Part shown: positions 40,301 through 50,658 of the stretch, one piece after another
Numbering within the stretch: position 1 is the stretch's first letter
Layout of the letters: every line of letters starts with the position of its first letter
Source of the DNA: Tubiluchus corallicola
Taxonomy: Eukaryota; Animalia; Priapulida
Direction of reading: 5' to 3'
Length of the DNA: 64,000 bases
NCBI GenBank assembly: GCA_030141605.1
Contig: JAQGDQ010000688.1
Span: forward strand, 48,283-112,282
Made by a program: the position numbers and the translations under genes
Notes under the pieces: model-generated
The model's input: only the letters and a program-made list of their open reading frames with translations
What the model was told of the DNA's origin: nothing
Databases searched by the model: none

Positions 40301-40585
40301 TAAGGACGACTTCTACTGTGAATTCCTGGACGGCACAGGAGCATGATAGAGAAAATGTCCGACTTTGTAAACACTTGCAAAACTCAAACTGTTTCTGCTA
40401 AGAAACTTGATTTCTTTAGACCTAACTGTGTGTTTTGTTTCTTTTAGATGGTGCGTGATCCTTTAGCACAGAGTTTTACACCGGCTGCTGCCGGATCCAC
40501 GTTACCCGAACCGCTACTCCCCGTCGGCAGCAGCGGCGGCAACCAGCAACAGCAGAAATCGGCTACGACCAACCCGTTTCTTTGA
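6844..40585 (+). CDS. EPN: Epsin (EPN1/2/3 / liquid facets family), complete spliced CDS, 10 coding exons, 1668 nt = 555 aa
   Basis: Exons 6844-7347, 19730-19799, 23262-23356, 26165-26284, 28963-29164, 29275-29379, 36216-36389, 37901-38071, 38366-38454, 40448-40585 have GT-AG borders with matching phases and join without internal stops. Order ENTH-UIM-UIM-LLDLD-DPW-LVNLD-NPFx3 is diagnostic. Confidence 0.95.
8245..8867 (+). mobile_element. Kolobok-like MITE family B copy
   Basis: Shares GCCCAACTATTGATGACAT core and the end GACCTACAGTTTAAGAT..GGTTT..CTTTAA with other copies. Confidence 0.8.
8978..9646 (+). mobile_element. Family B copy (diverged)
   Basis: Ends TCCGGTTTTCCTTTAA; internal homology to 8245-8867. 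Confidence 0.75.
9930..11034 (-). mobile_element. Family B copy, inverted, interrupted by a hAT MITE
   Basis: Reverse complement of 8245-8867 with an insertion at 10442-10922. Confidence 0.8.
10442..10922. mobile_element. hAT (Charlie-like) MITE, 481 bp
   Basis: Perfect 12-bp TIR CAGGGGTGTGCA/TGCACACCCCTG; perfect 8-bp TSD TTCTAATC (10434-10441, 10923-10930); subterminal CGGGCC motifs. Confidence 0.93.
12829..13292 (+). mobile_element. Tigger/pogo-like (Tc1-mariner) MITE, family C
   Basis: TA|CAGTGTTCCCTC...GAGGGAACACTG|TA, with subterminal TCGCGG repeats. Confidence 0.9.
13560..13880 (-). mobile_element. LINE 3' end with AATAAA and (ATT)n-type tail; near-identical copy at ~57950-58255
   Basis: About 300 bp shared between the two loci, each next to a trinucleotide tract. 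Confidence 0.75.
14493..14953. mobile_element. piggyBac-like MITE
   Basis: TTAA|CCCTTTCAA...TTGAAAGGG|TTAA; internal near-palindrome GTATCCCGTGGGATAC occurs twice. Confidence 0.88.
14990..15343 (+). mobile_element. Dispersed MITE-like family E (also ~21200-21532, ~35360-35705, ~55080-55406; inverted at ~59690-59790 and ~59835-60170)
   Basis: Shared CCCAGTGTGCACCA, AAAACGTATTTTTAATCTTATTGACAAG, GAGTTTAAATTTACA and the end CTTGTGCTTTA. Confidence 0.75.
15902..16678 (+). mobile_element. Family B copy with a nested, truncated family C MITE (~16275-16640)
   Basis: TTAAAGGAAGACAG start, CCGGTTTTGCTTTAA end; TA|CAGTGTTCCTTCGCTACTTCGC inside. Confidence 0.8.
18487..19332 (+). repeat. 25-bp minisatellite AGTAA(T/C)GTTATGGAATGTAGATTTT, ~34 copies
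   Basis: Period read directly. Confidence 0.97.
19730..19799 (+). CDS. EPN: Epsin coding exon 2 (linker, GRSEERKTAGSFDENHSSTSPPA)
   Basis: gttggacag| acceptor, CAG|gtgagc donor; phase 0 to phase 1 bridges exons 1 and 3. No motif support. Confidence 0.7.
20060..20700 (+). repeat. Degenerate ~90-115-bp tandem repeat, ~6 copies
   Basis: Recurring CTAAACAGATTTCGAAGATCACA...CAATTATAGCAATTATGAATACATTTATTTGGC. Confidence 0.85.
22542..23062 (+). mobile_element. Family B copy with both ends
   Basis: TTAAAGGAAGACAG...GGTCCGGTTTTGCTTTAA. Confidence 0.82.
23262..23356 (+). CDS. EPN: Epsin exon 3: UIM1
   Basis: DIEAARPSTAGEEELQLQLALAMSKEEAEQQ; acceptor ttcgcag, donor CAG|gtacgt. Confidence 0.95.
23930..24480 (-). 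mobile_element. Decayed non-LTR retrotransposon ORF2 C-terminus (RTEX-like)
   Basis: Minus frame DRKALTKI*THRLTVETGRYVRPPVSGEN*VYSVCNVVKDECHFLLYC fits the H-L-x-x-E-T-G-R...C...E-x-H-F-L-L-x-C motif, with stops. Confidence 0.75.
26165..26284 (+). CDS. EPN: Epsin exon 4: UIM2
   Basis: ERLQRGDDLRLKMALTQSEEESK...; phase 0-0, 120 nt, tttag| and CAG|gtacaa. Confidence 0.93.
26894..27391. mobile_element. hAT-like MITE with CGGATA/CGAATA subterminal repeats
   Basis: TAGTGTTG/CAACACTA termini, dense subterminal repeats at both ends; TSD unclear. Confidence 0.65.
28073..28571. mobile_element. Tigger/pogo-like MITE, family D
   Basis: TA|CAGTCAACTTCGGATATAAGG...CCTTATACCCGAGGTTGACTG; repeated CCTTATA.CCGA motifs. 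Confidence 0.85.
28963..29164 (+). CDS. EPN: Epsin exon 5: clathrin box LLDLD + 3 DPW
   Basis: PSLLDLDLSLSAPASDPW...TDPW...NDPW; ttttcag| and CAG|gtaaac. Confidence 0.93.
29275..29379 (+). CDS. EPN: Epsin exon 6: NPW/DPW motifs
   Basis: ARGNPWSNAP...QNDPWSPVP; phase 1-1, 105 nt. Confidence 0.88.
29504..30049 (+). mobile_element. Kolobok-like MITE family A, full length
   Basis: TTAA|AGGAAAACTGGATTATTGT...ACAATCGTCCGGTTTTCCT|TTAA: TTAA TSD, AGG/CCT termini. Confidence 0.85.
32493..32800 (+). repeat. 29-bp minisatellite GTGTGCTAGCAACGGTTTCCCTGGATACT, ~10 copies
   Basis: Read directly; reverse complement of the array at 50918-51465. Confidence 0.92.
33870..34162. mobile_element. Palindromic MITE-like repeat (GCAACTT/AAGTTGC motifs)
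   Basis: Left and right halves are loosely reverse-complementary. Confidence 0.5.
34610..35144 (+). mobile_element. hAT (Tip100-like) internal-deletion derivative
   Basis: TIR TAGGGTTACCA/TGGTAACCCTA; TSD AACTTAAC/AACTTAAA (7/8). Confidence 0.85.
36216..36389 (+). CDS. EPN: Epsin exon 7: DPW/DPF, Pro-rich
   Basis: ETKVDPWGTPMPAPP...QDPFAP...DNDFDMI; phase 1-1, 174 nt. Confidence 0.9.
36849..37389 (-). mobile_element. Kolobok-like MITE family A, full length, inverted relative to the 29504 copy
   Basis: TTAA|AAGAAAACCGGATGATTGT...ACAATCGCCCGGTCTTCCT|TTAA; reverse complement aligns with 29504-30049. Confidence 0.85.
37901..38071 (+). CDS. EPN: Epsin exon 8: second clathrin-binding region
   Basis: RTPEHFLGEHTSLVNLDALI resembles the epsin TPESFLG...LVxLD motif; phase 1-1. 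Confidence 0.92.
38366..38454 (+). CDS. EPN: Epsin exon 9: two NPF motifs
   Basis: ASTNPFAASVSQPQSNPFHAQQQPKVPMNQ; tgtag| and CAG|gtaggt. Confidence 0.93.
39757..40170 (+). repeat. 38-bp minisatellite, ~11 copies
   Basis: AATTGTAACCTCAATATTATGTTCAATAATGAATTTAA. Confidence 0.95.
40448..40585 (+). CDS. EPN: Epsin terminal exon ending TNPFL*
   Basis: MVRDPLAQSF...LPEPLLP...KSATTNPFL-TGA; a C-terminal NPFL is typical of epsins. Confidence 0.95.
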   Translation: MVRDPLAQSFTPAAAGSTLPEPLLPVGSSGGNQQQQKSATTNPFL

Positions 40586-41375
40586 TTGTCGTCGCCGTTG
40601 TCGCATTCTGATGTTGTTGCATTGTGATCGTAAACAAGCAGATTTCTGGTGAAGTGGACAACGGCTTTGTGCGGTTTGCTTGTTGCTGTCGTTGCTTGCA
40701 TTTGGACGCGCAGGTTTTTTGCGCACGAATACGATGTCCGCATGTCAAATTACTTGTGATTGTGTTTATTTTTACTGATAAATCAACTTCTATCTGCAGT
40801 GATGTATTGCCACGTTTTTCAGGCAAATTGAGAAAGCTCTGTGATTCTTTAACTAAGAACTATTATAAGCGTCTGTAATGCCTAGTGCTTCACTAAAATT
40901 TCGTCTTCGAATTCGGTGTTACGTATAAACCATTTTTTTAAGAAAAACTGTAATTAGTAGAAATCCTGCATTATTGTCTGTCGTACGTTTGTTTCACATG
41001 GCATTTATACACGAATTAAAGTAAAGATTTATTGTTACTGTCTTTTCACGCTGTTAAACTTGGTGATATAGTAACAAACCGTAACTTTTTTTACGTACTA
41101 ACTTGGAGAATTGAAATAATTCACTAATTGCAAATGTTAGCAGTTGATTAAACACCATTAGCCGCATATGTGTACACCTAATTTTGCTTTTTTTGTTTCG
41201 AAATGAATTTATCTGTCATTCGAATTTTTGTTGTGCTTTGTTTCTTCACCGTTTACTGCTAATATGTTAAACAGAATTTTTATACACACAACATTGCACT
41301 TGTAATAGTGTGCTATTAGTTAGTAGCAGTGTTTGCAGTTGCATTTATAGCTTTAAGGTGACAGTTTTTGCCATT

Positions 41376-42891
41376 GTATTTACTGCAGCAAGATTGTAGT
41401 TTTTGCAGGTGGTCTTCTGGTTCAATATTGCAGTTTTTGCCATTGCATTTACTGCACTAAGATTGCAGTTTTTCAAGTTGCATTTACTGCATTAATATTG
41501 CAGTTTTTGCCATTCCTTTGCTGATTTAAGATCGCCTGTTTTTCGCTATTGCGTTTGCTGCTTCAAGATTGCATTTTTTGCCACTGCATTTACTGCTGTA
41601 CGATTGCAGTTTTTGCAGTAGCATTTACTGCTTCTAGATAGCAGTTTCTTCCGTTGTGTGTACTGTTTTGAGATGGCAGTTTTTGTAGCTGCGTTCAGTA
41701 AGCGATCGTGATGCTGCATTTGCTTGTTTCTTCAATCTCAAATACTTCGCAGTTACGTGGTCGTTCGGCTTTATGTTTTATTCACTCCTGAAACGGCATT
41801 TGGATGGCATGGATATCCAACGACGTAATTCATTTGGATTAGCTTAAGTTTTCTGATTTTCCTGTGCCGTATGCAAATCTGTATGCAAATCTTCTAACTG
41901 CGACAATTCTGTGCATTTTGTCAAAAGTGTTCTTTGGATTTTGTAATTTGTAGGTTCTTGTGCTGCTTAACGTAATTTGATGTGTCGTTAATGTACCTAT
42001 CTAAACTACGAATAGTATGTCTATCAAAAATGCTGTTTCATCATAAAATGTCGCATGATTGATAACTCTGTTCCTCATACGGCATTCGAGTACGCAGGGC
42101 CGTCTTAACAGCAGTACTGGCACCCGGGCAAAGCATTGCACTCGGGCTGCTACCTACACAACCACGTATAGGATTAAAATTGGTCGATAAAATTAATATT
42201 TATTGTACTGCAATGGAATTTTAAAAAAAATCATTGTTCGAATATTAAAAAATATGATGCTGTACAACAAGATGAATCAACACAAACGTTTGAACAATAT
42301 AAAATAATGAACCTTGAGCAACACAAACACACACACACATATGTGTGTATTTACTGCTTTAAGATTGTAGTTTTTGCAGGTGGTCTTCTGCTTCAATATT
42401 GCAGTTTTTGCCATTGCGTTTACTGCGCTAAGATTACAGTTTTTGAAGTTGCATTTACTGCGTTAATATTGCAGTTTTTGCCATTGCCTTTGCTGATTTA
42501 AGATTGCCAGTTTTTTGCTATTGTGTTTGCTGCTTCAAGATTGCATTTTTTGCCACCGCATTTACTGCTCTATGATTGCAGTTTTTGCAGTAGCATTTAC
42601 TGCTTCTAGATTGCAGTTTCTTCCGTTGTGCGTACTGTTTTGAGATGGCAGTTTTTGTAGCTGCGTTCAGTAAGCGATCGTGATGCTGCATTTGCTTGTT
42701 TCTTCAATCTCAAATACTTCGCAGTTACGTGGTCGTTCGGCTTTATGTTTTATTCACTCCTGAAATGGCATTTGGATGGCATGGATATCCAACGACGTAA
42801 TTCATTTGGATTAGCTTAAGTTTTCTGATTTTCCTGTGCCGTATGCAAATCTGTATGCAATCTTCTAACTGCGACAATTCTGTGCATTTTG
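41376..42891 (+). repeat. Direct duplication of ~545 bp (41376-41920 / 42346-42891)
   Basis: Long near-identical blocks, e.g. GCTGCGTTCAGTAAGCGATCGTGATGCTGC...CTGCGACAATTCTGTGCATTTTG. Confidence 0.92.
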
Positions 42892-42994
42892 CTCTACGAT
42901 TGCAGTATTATATATATATGTGTGTGTGCAATGATGCTCCTATGCTCAGCACCCAGGCAATCCCCCAGTTTGCCCATGTGGTAAGACGATCCTG
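42095..42994. mobile_element. TIR element (hAT-like ends) containing a copy of flanking DNA
   Basis: CAGGGCCGTCTTA...TAAGACGATCCTG imperfect TIR; GCACCC(G/A)GGCAA near both ends; TSD poor. Confidence 0.6.
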
Positions 42995-44715
42995 GACGTA
43001 TGCTACGTTAATGACCTGCATTTGTAGTATGTATTCTCTCACGTTGTGTAATTAATTGTAGCAAAGTTTTTAACATAGTCAAAGTTTTGTAAGAGTATAA
43101 AATGCCGACATTAAAATCATCGTATACCCTCGATGTTCGCTCGCTTTGCTAATGGTGTAGCGATGAGCTTTGTGTTAGACTTTTCATTAAATCTATTTTT
43201 ACATTATTGCAAATTGTTATTCTCACACACGAATATTGTCCGGAGTATGAATTATCAATTGACCGTATTATTGTTAATATTATTATTATTATTATTACAT
43301 GTATGTGTAAAGTATGCTCTACAGAATTAAAATGGAATTGTGTATACCCGTGAACAAAAACTGGTTATTCATGTTTTATTGTGCATTGTCATCTTCCATA
43401 TTTTAGACACAGAACATTTATTTTCTCCAATTAGTTTAACATCAAAAGTTTTTTTAAATATTAAGTAATTATAATCGTGGAGCAGGGCAGGGAAGGACCA
43501 TGGGGTCATCTAGTCTCCTGCCCTTTCTTATAAATAGATTAGTCATATTAAAAATTAATGCTGATGCTGCAGATAACAAAAACAAATAAGAAAAAAATAC
43601 AAATAAAACAGTATAAATGATACAAATTATCCAAAAAGAACTGAAAACAAAAAATAATAAAGTTAGATACCTAAATCTAAACAAAAGAATACAATTATTC
43701 AGTAATTAGGATTATCATATGTAGTAGTTTCAAATGGGGTCTTATTAACAGGGGAATTTGACCAAGATTAGTGAGTAAAGTTAGAAAACTGAGAGTATGG
43801 AAAGAAAAAATAAGTATCAAAAAAGTGTAATATAGAAAAATTTGTGATTTTTGGGTTATTCGCTTGTGAAGCAACCTTTATTCAGCCGTTTAACTGTGAT
43901 TTTGTATGCAAAAATAAACCTTTCGACATATCTATCTATTGTAACACTATATAGGGGTCTGTTTTACCACGATGTTGTTGCTGTTTTCATTTTCACCGGC
44001 ATTGTTCTTAACGTAGTGAGTTTCTAGCAAGTTTTTTTATTGTGACGTCACAATAGAATTACTCCGTATTCTCAATTTTTACGAGGAAACGGATTTCGTG
44101 ACAACGGTGAATGGCATATCCAAGCAGTTGGAGAATTGTACGTTTTACAATGATCGTTATAATAATTATTGATGATAGAAAAACGTGCGTGTTTTAGTAC
44201 GGCAAGCGAGTAACCTAATGCTTCGCATTCCGGACTAGTTCAAATACACAGTTTACAAAGTTACAATTAAACGTAGGTGGTGGCCAGAGTAAGACCAATG
44301 GTCATTTTCCAACGTAGTGAAATTTCTAAATCCAAACTATATAAGAAATAGCGAGGAAGACAGTAAAGAGAACACGTTATTAGTCACTTAAGTCCAAGCA
44401 TGCCCCACTCACACTTTCAAACTCTTCAAATAACAGATTCATTAGACTGAAAGAATTTTCACATCTTGACCTGGGCAGCTTTCTATTTGCAAAGTTGGAA
44501 AGCTGCGCCAATTTTTGATGATAAAAACGAAGGTTTTAAACGACTTTAGAAAACTGACTGGTGGTGGGGAATTATTAAAGTGAAAACAATCAGCACCTAC
44601 TTAAGCAAAGACATGGTGCTGACAGTTATTTTGATTTTAGAAAAATGCCAAACAAATTATGTCTTTGTCAACACAGCCAAACCTTGCCCCCTCTCTGTAA
44701 TGTCAGCCTCGCCTA

Positions 44716-46070
44716 GTGCATAAAGTTTTAGCAACAAAATGTCTATATGTGCACAGACATGTAAAAATTTTAGCAGCAAAATGTCTACGTGCACAGACAT
44801 GTAAAAATTTTAATAACAGAACGTCTATATGTGCACAGACATGTAAAAGTTTTAGTAACAAAATGTCTATATGTGAACAGACAAGTAAAAATTTTAGTAA
44901 CAGAATGTCTATATGTGCACAGACATGTAAAAATTTTAGTAACAGTATGTCTATATGTGCATAGACATGTAAAAATTTCTGTAACAGAATGTCTATATGT
45001 GCATAGACATGTAAAAATTTTAGCAACAAATTGTCTATATGTGCATAGACATGTAAAAATTTTAGCAGCAAAATGTCTATATGTGCACAGACGTAAAAAT
45101 TTTAGCAGCAAAATGTCTATATGTGCACAGACAAGTAAAAATTTTAGTAACAGAATGTCTATATGTGCACAGACAAGTAAAAATTTTAGTAGCAAAATGT
45201 CTATATGTGCACAGACAAGTAAAAATTTTAGTAACAAAATGTCTATATGTGCACAGACAAGTAAAAATTTTAGTAACAGAATGTCTATATGTGCACAGAC
45301 AAGTAAAAATTTTAGTAGCAAAATGTCTATATGTGCACAGACAAGTAAAAATTTTAGTAACAGAATGTCTATATGTGCACAGACAAGTAAAAATTTTAGT
45401 AGCAAAATGTCTATATGTGCACAGACAAGTAAAAATTTTAGTAACAAAATGTCTATATGTGCACAGACAAGTAAAAATTTTAGTAACAGAATGTCTATAT
45501 GTGCATAGACATGTAAAAATTTTAGTGACAGAATGTCTATATGTGCATAGACAAGTAAAAATTTTAGTAACAGAATGTCTATATGTGCATAGACATGTAA
45601 ATATTTTAGTAACAGAATGTCTATATGTGCATAGACATGTAAAAATTTTAGTGACAGAATGTCTATATGTGCATAGACATGTAAAAATTTTAGTGACAGA
45701 ATGTCTATATGTGCATAGACATGTAAAAATTTTAGTAACAGAATGTCTATATGTGCATAGACATGTAAAAATTTTAGTGACAGAATGTCTATATGTGCAC
45801 AGACAAGTAAAAATTTTAGCAGCAAAATGTTTATATGTGCATAGACGTTATGTAAAATGTCTACATCTGCACATACATGCATGCGCAATTTTTAGAAAGA
45901 AAATGTCTACATTTGCACATACATGCATGTACAATTTTTAGAAAGAAAATGTCTACATTTGCACATACATGTATGTACAATTTTTAGAAAGAAAATGTCT
46001 ACATTTGTACAGACATGTTTTTAAAATTTTTAGCAACAAAATGTCTATATATGCATAGACATGTACAATG
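44716..46070 (+). repeat. 42-bp minisatellite (~27 copies) with a diverged tail
   Basis: AAAAATTTTAGTAACAGAATGTCTATATGTGCACAGACAAGT; explains the 14-aa periodic ORFs. Confidence 0.97.
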
Positions 46071-46180
46071 TATTAACACATGTTGTTATACGTATAAGGT
46101 ACGTTATACGTCACTAAAATTAGAGGTGACTGACTATGTACCATATGGTCTTTGGTCACCTCTGCTCATATTTACCTGTA

Positions 46181-46488
46181 CAGGATTCCCTCGCTACTTC
46201 GCGTTTCGTTTATCGCGGTATTTCGCTGTTTCGCGAGTTTTTGCGGTACTCCGTCTAAAATATTTTTGCACATGCGTAGTACGTATTGTACAGTAATGTA
46301 TAGATTTGATGAATTTTGCGGAAAAGTTATTAAGGGAATGGGAAAGGGTTATGTATAAGAGTGTGGAGAGGGTTTATAAAGACTTGAAATAATGTATAAC
46401 TACTAAAATAAGTATAGCGTCTCTACTTCGCGGAAATTCACTTATCGCGGGTGGGCCTGGAACGGAACACCCAAGTGAGGGAACACTG
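46181..46488 (+). mobile_element. Family C MITE (short variant)
   Basis: TA|CAGGATTCCCTCGCTACTTCGCG...GAGGGAACACTG|TA. Confidence 0.85.
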
Positions 46489-46567
46489 TATACTACGTAC
46501 TAACATCTTAACTGCTGTATTAAGTTCATGAAGCTATAAATAAATTTACTCTTAGTATTACTATGTA

Positions 46568-47016
46568 ATAGAGTCCCACCGGGCGACGCTAGAACGTTTT
46601 TCCCGCAGGCTGTTTGGCCAAAATTTCGAAAAAATCGCTAGTTGGGTCCGGGAAAACGCCCGTTGCGGGACCCCGTGGCCCTCTTGCGAATTCTAAATAT
46701 GCCTACTACACCACCGCTGAACGGGCTATCTATCCATATCCAGAACCCCCTCGGCCCATTCCCGTTCTCTACATCTCAGCCGTATAACTTCTGCAAAAAA
46801 TGCCCGAAAAGGGGCCATTTTTGGAGGTTTTTCGTCCCCCGTTCCTCCCGGTGGGCCCGATTCGAAAAATAAACCATCAATGGCACGACACTAGATCGAG
46901 ACCTTTCGTTTGATATATAGATCGCCGCAAATGGTGCCCTCGTCCGGGCTGTAGCCTCGAAAATTATATATATATAAATTAAGCCCATACCAAGAATATT
47001 AATATAAGAGTATAGA
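46568..47016 (-). mobile_element. Non-autonomous Helitron-like element
   Basis: GC-rich island; minus strand starts A|TCTATAC; ends with GC hairpin GTCGCCCGGTGGGAC then CTAT|T (degenerate CTAG); no TIR or TSD. Confidence 0.5.
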
Positions 47017-47966
47017 TGCCAAAGTCACTTAATACCAACGTTTTCCGCAATCCCAGTTAGGGATTGATCTGATGATCCTGATTGGTCATCTCTGTAAAGT
47101 TTTTATCAGTGATTATCAATGTATTTTAATGGCAAATAAAGATTATTATACATATATATATATATATATATAGAGAGGGTGCAAAGGAGTTTGACTGTGC
47201 TAGTTTTAGCATGCAAGTACGGCTCTGTAGTACACAAAAAGTAAAAGCAAGAATTATTTATTGCAATTTTTTAATTAATATGAGATAATCATACATACGT
47301 ATCCACAGGTTCTATAACAGTACAAGCACATTTTTATATCCATGTAACAAAACAGGCTGATTATATATATTAGTAATTTACCTGTAAACGCGTGGCGCTG
47401 TACTTAATAATAATTAACATATGAATTGTTTAACAAGTACATTGGCAAAACAATCGACCCACATTAATTTCACATTCGTTCAATTCTACATAAACAAATA
47501 CAGTACATTACAAACGTGTACGAATCAAATAAATCAAAACATTTAACTCGTTCCGCTAATTAGTTAGTTAATTAGTAAAGTGTCGGCAAAAGCATACGAA
47601 CGTGTGCTAATTACTGGTAATAACACCAGACAAATTATATACACAAAAATCAATAGTTGAAAAATCGACATTATTGATTATAGAATATCATTGTATCATT
47701 ATCATTGGGCAATATTCAAGTAGAGTTTCATGCCAGGGGTACATATTTTGTCTTAACTTATATATGTATAGATTCGTAATTTAAAAACAAAAGTATTACA
47801 TTGTGTAACACGTGCATACTTTGAAACTATCAAAATGCAGCCAGTAACTTAAAATATACAATTTAGCACAAGTGTCAGTCATTATCAGAAACGTGTATAT
47901 CTTCCCAGTATAGTCCCACAATGCAATTTTGTTTATACAAACGTTCTTTGATTAAATAAACTAACA

Positions 47967-48754
47967 GTTCAGACTAGCAAGTTTTGTTTTCTGACAGCAA
48001 ACTCGCAAGTGTGAACTTGCTTTACGAGTTACTGTCAGCAAGAAATTGCAAACTCTCCAGCAGCATTTGCAAGTTACTGTCTAGTGTGAGTTCCTTGGCG
48101 AGTTACTCTCGACACTTCTCGCAGCGAAGAGTAACTCGCAACAAGTGTTCTTCTCTAGTCTGAACACGCTTTTGAGTTACTTGGCAAGAAAACGCGCTTA
48201 CTGTCGGCGAGTAACTCACAACAAGTGTTCTTCTCTAATCTGAACACGCTTTGGAGTTACTTGGCAAGAAAATGCGCAATCATCTCGCGCTTACTGTCAG
48301 AGAGTAACTCACAACAAGTGTTCTTCTCTAGTCTGAACACGCTTCTGAGTTACTTAGCAAGAAAACGCGCTATCATCTTGCGCTTACTGTCGGAGAGTAA
48401 CTCACAACAAGTGTTCTTCTCTAGTCTGAACACGCTTTTGAGTTACTTGGCAAGAAAACGCGCTATCATCTGGCACTTACTGTCCGCGAGTAACTCATAA
48501 CAAGTGTTCTTCTCTAGTCTGAACACGCTTTTGAGTTACTTGGCGAGAAAACGCGCTATCATCTCGCGCTTACTATCGGCGAGTAACTCGCAACAAGTGT
48601 TCTTCTCTAGTCTGAACACGCTTCTGAGTTACTTGGCGAGAAAACGCGCTATCATCTGGCGCTTACTGTCGGCGAGTAAAACTCACAACAAGTGTTCATC
48701 TCCAGTGTGAACACGCTTTTGAGTTACTTGGCAAGGAAACGCGCTAGTCTGAAC
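47967..48754. mobile_element. TIR element (Harbinger-like) containing a 93-bp tandem array
   Basis: Perfect 12-bp IR GTTCAGACTAGC/GCTAGTCTGAAC; ~7 units of 93 bp at ~48125-48750; relative at ~31605-31900. Confidence 0.75.
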
Positions 48755-49487
48755 GATAGTGATATAATGATCGCAAATTAGCAGAAATTCATTATTGAAA
48801 CTCAAACTGCCAAATTAAAATTCCCATGAAAAGGCAATTTAAAACTCTTAATATGTAGGCAATTAGTATCTGTACAGAGAGAACATTAATTCCAATTACT
48901 TCAAACAGTTTCATATTCACTCTGCAGCACAAAAAGTGTTTTAATTACAGCATAATGGAAACGTCAATTACATAAATTTGATATTAATAACATCATCTGG
49001 TTTAACAGCAGCACCGCACGGACGCAACTACACGCTCATGCATTTCCTAGATACAATTACGTCAACAATTCAATGAAAATATGGAAACAGTACTTATTTG
49101 ACCAACCACGGTACACATTTTGAAAAAAAAACCTCTGACACACTAACACTCTTAGTCAACCAACACCACCGGTTAAATTTGCTTTTCTAACAATTATCAC
49201 TTTTTAACAGCAGAAGCATTTACATAACTGTAACAACAACTCATACCTATCGAGTCAACTGGTATAATTAGTTTTGAAAACTGATACAGGATGTGGTACA
49301 AAACTGCAGCAGGAAAAACGAGTTAGCTAGTAAAATACCGTAAGCAGTGTTTCCAGTTCAAATCAGACATTCATAACCTAATAATTTCTGAACTTGCAAT
49401 ATGATGAAATAAAAATGTTTCGTTTCCGTACGTTTGATAACAGACTAGGTGACTTTATAGCCTTGTTATCCTTTCCCCAGTTCTTGT

Positions 49488-49752
49488 TCGCTATCCCTTC
49501 TCTAGTTCTAGATCTATCTATTCATTTTAGCCATTCTTCAAAACCTATTAGCGGTCCTTTTATTAATCATGTTTTCTTGTAGTATTATAAAGAGATAAAT
49601 AAATTGAAATTGAATTGAATTCGCTATCCTTTCTCTAGTTCTAGATCTGTCTATTCATTTTAGCCATTCTTCAAAACTTATTAGCGGTCCTTTTATTAAT
49701 CATGTTTTCTTGTAGACTTAGAAAGAGATAAACAAATTAAAATTGAATTGAA
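49488..49752 (+). repeat. Tandem duplication (2 x ~133 bp), each unit ending in (ATTGA)n
   Basis: TCGCTATCC.TTCTCTAGTTCTAGATCT...AATTGAATTGAAT twice; resembles a retroposon tail. Confidence 0.85.
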
Positions 49753-50506
49753 TAATTTTATCATACAAAAAAGAATGTATAGCCGAGTCATTCTAATGGT
49801 GCTAGTTTTGAACTGCTCACAAAATGTGACCGTTAGAAGTTTAATAAGGAAGAAGGAAACCTTATTCTTGAATTTGTTCAAGTCTTATATATCTTGATAT
49901 TTCTGTGCAAAGAGATTAGAATTTTTGGAAAATGCATTTCTGGTGTTCAAAAAGTTAATAAACTACATGCATTCGAGAAGCAGAGCTCTAATGTACAATT
50001 TTCACAAATGTGCAAACGAACACCAATCTGTTTAAGTTCAGCATAACTTAGCCCAATTCTATACCTTGTCACTGATAAAAAATACTGATTATGGTGTAGC
50101 TGGTGCCAGCTTAATTTTGCTCGTGTACGTAGAAAGATAATCTATACCAGTAGTATGATGTAAATAGCCCTTTGAATGAAATACACATAATAATAATAAT
50201 AATAATAACTTCTATATTGTTTGGCTTTGTTGTTTAAAATGCCTGTAGGAACGTAGTATTGTCGACAAAACCAGTCAGTCGGTCTCTAACTTTTCATGGA
50301 AAGCAGTCAACAAACTTTGGACAGAAGTCAGGAAATGCTGATCATTTTCATGCAAATCTGCTGCATTTAGTCGCTTCCTGTCTGAATGCGCGACTTCCTG
50401 AAAGTGTAGCTCGCAAACAAGGAAACCGCGAAGTACAGTCGTGTGCAGAGAGGTGTATTTAAACTGCGAACCTACTGGCAGTGACAGTAATCCTGTCATA
50501 AAAGCT

Positions 50507-50658
50507 CAGGGGTGATATTTTTACTAGTTTTAAGGTCAAACACAGCTCACTTTATGTCAGGGATGATATTTTTACTAGTTTTAAGGTCAAACACAGCTCA
50601 CTTTATGTCAGGGATGATATTTTTACTAGTTTTAAGGTCAAACACAGCCCACTTTATG
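50507..50658 (+). repeat. 51-bp tandem repeat, 3 copies
   Basis: CAGGGATGATATTTTTACTAGTTTTAAGGTCAAACACAGCTCACTTTATGT. Confidence 0.93.

Noticed and set aside
44703-45941. Long ORFs (239-367 aa) as repeat proteins
   Set aside because: Translations of a 42-bp satellite, open in several frames on both strands.
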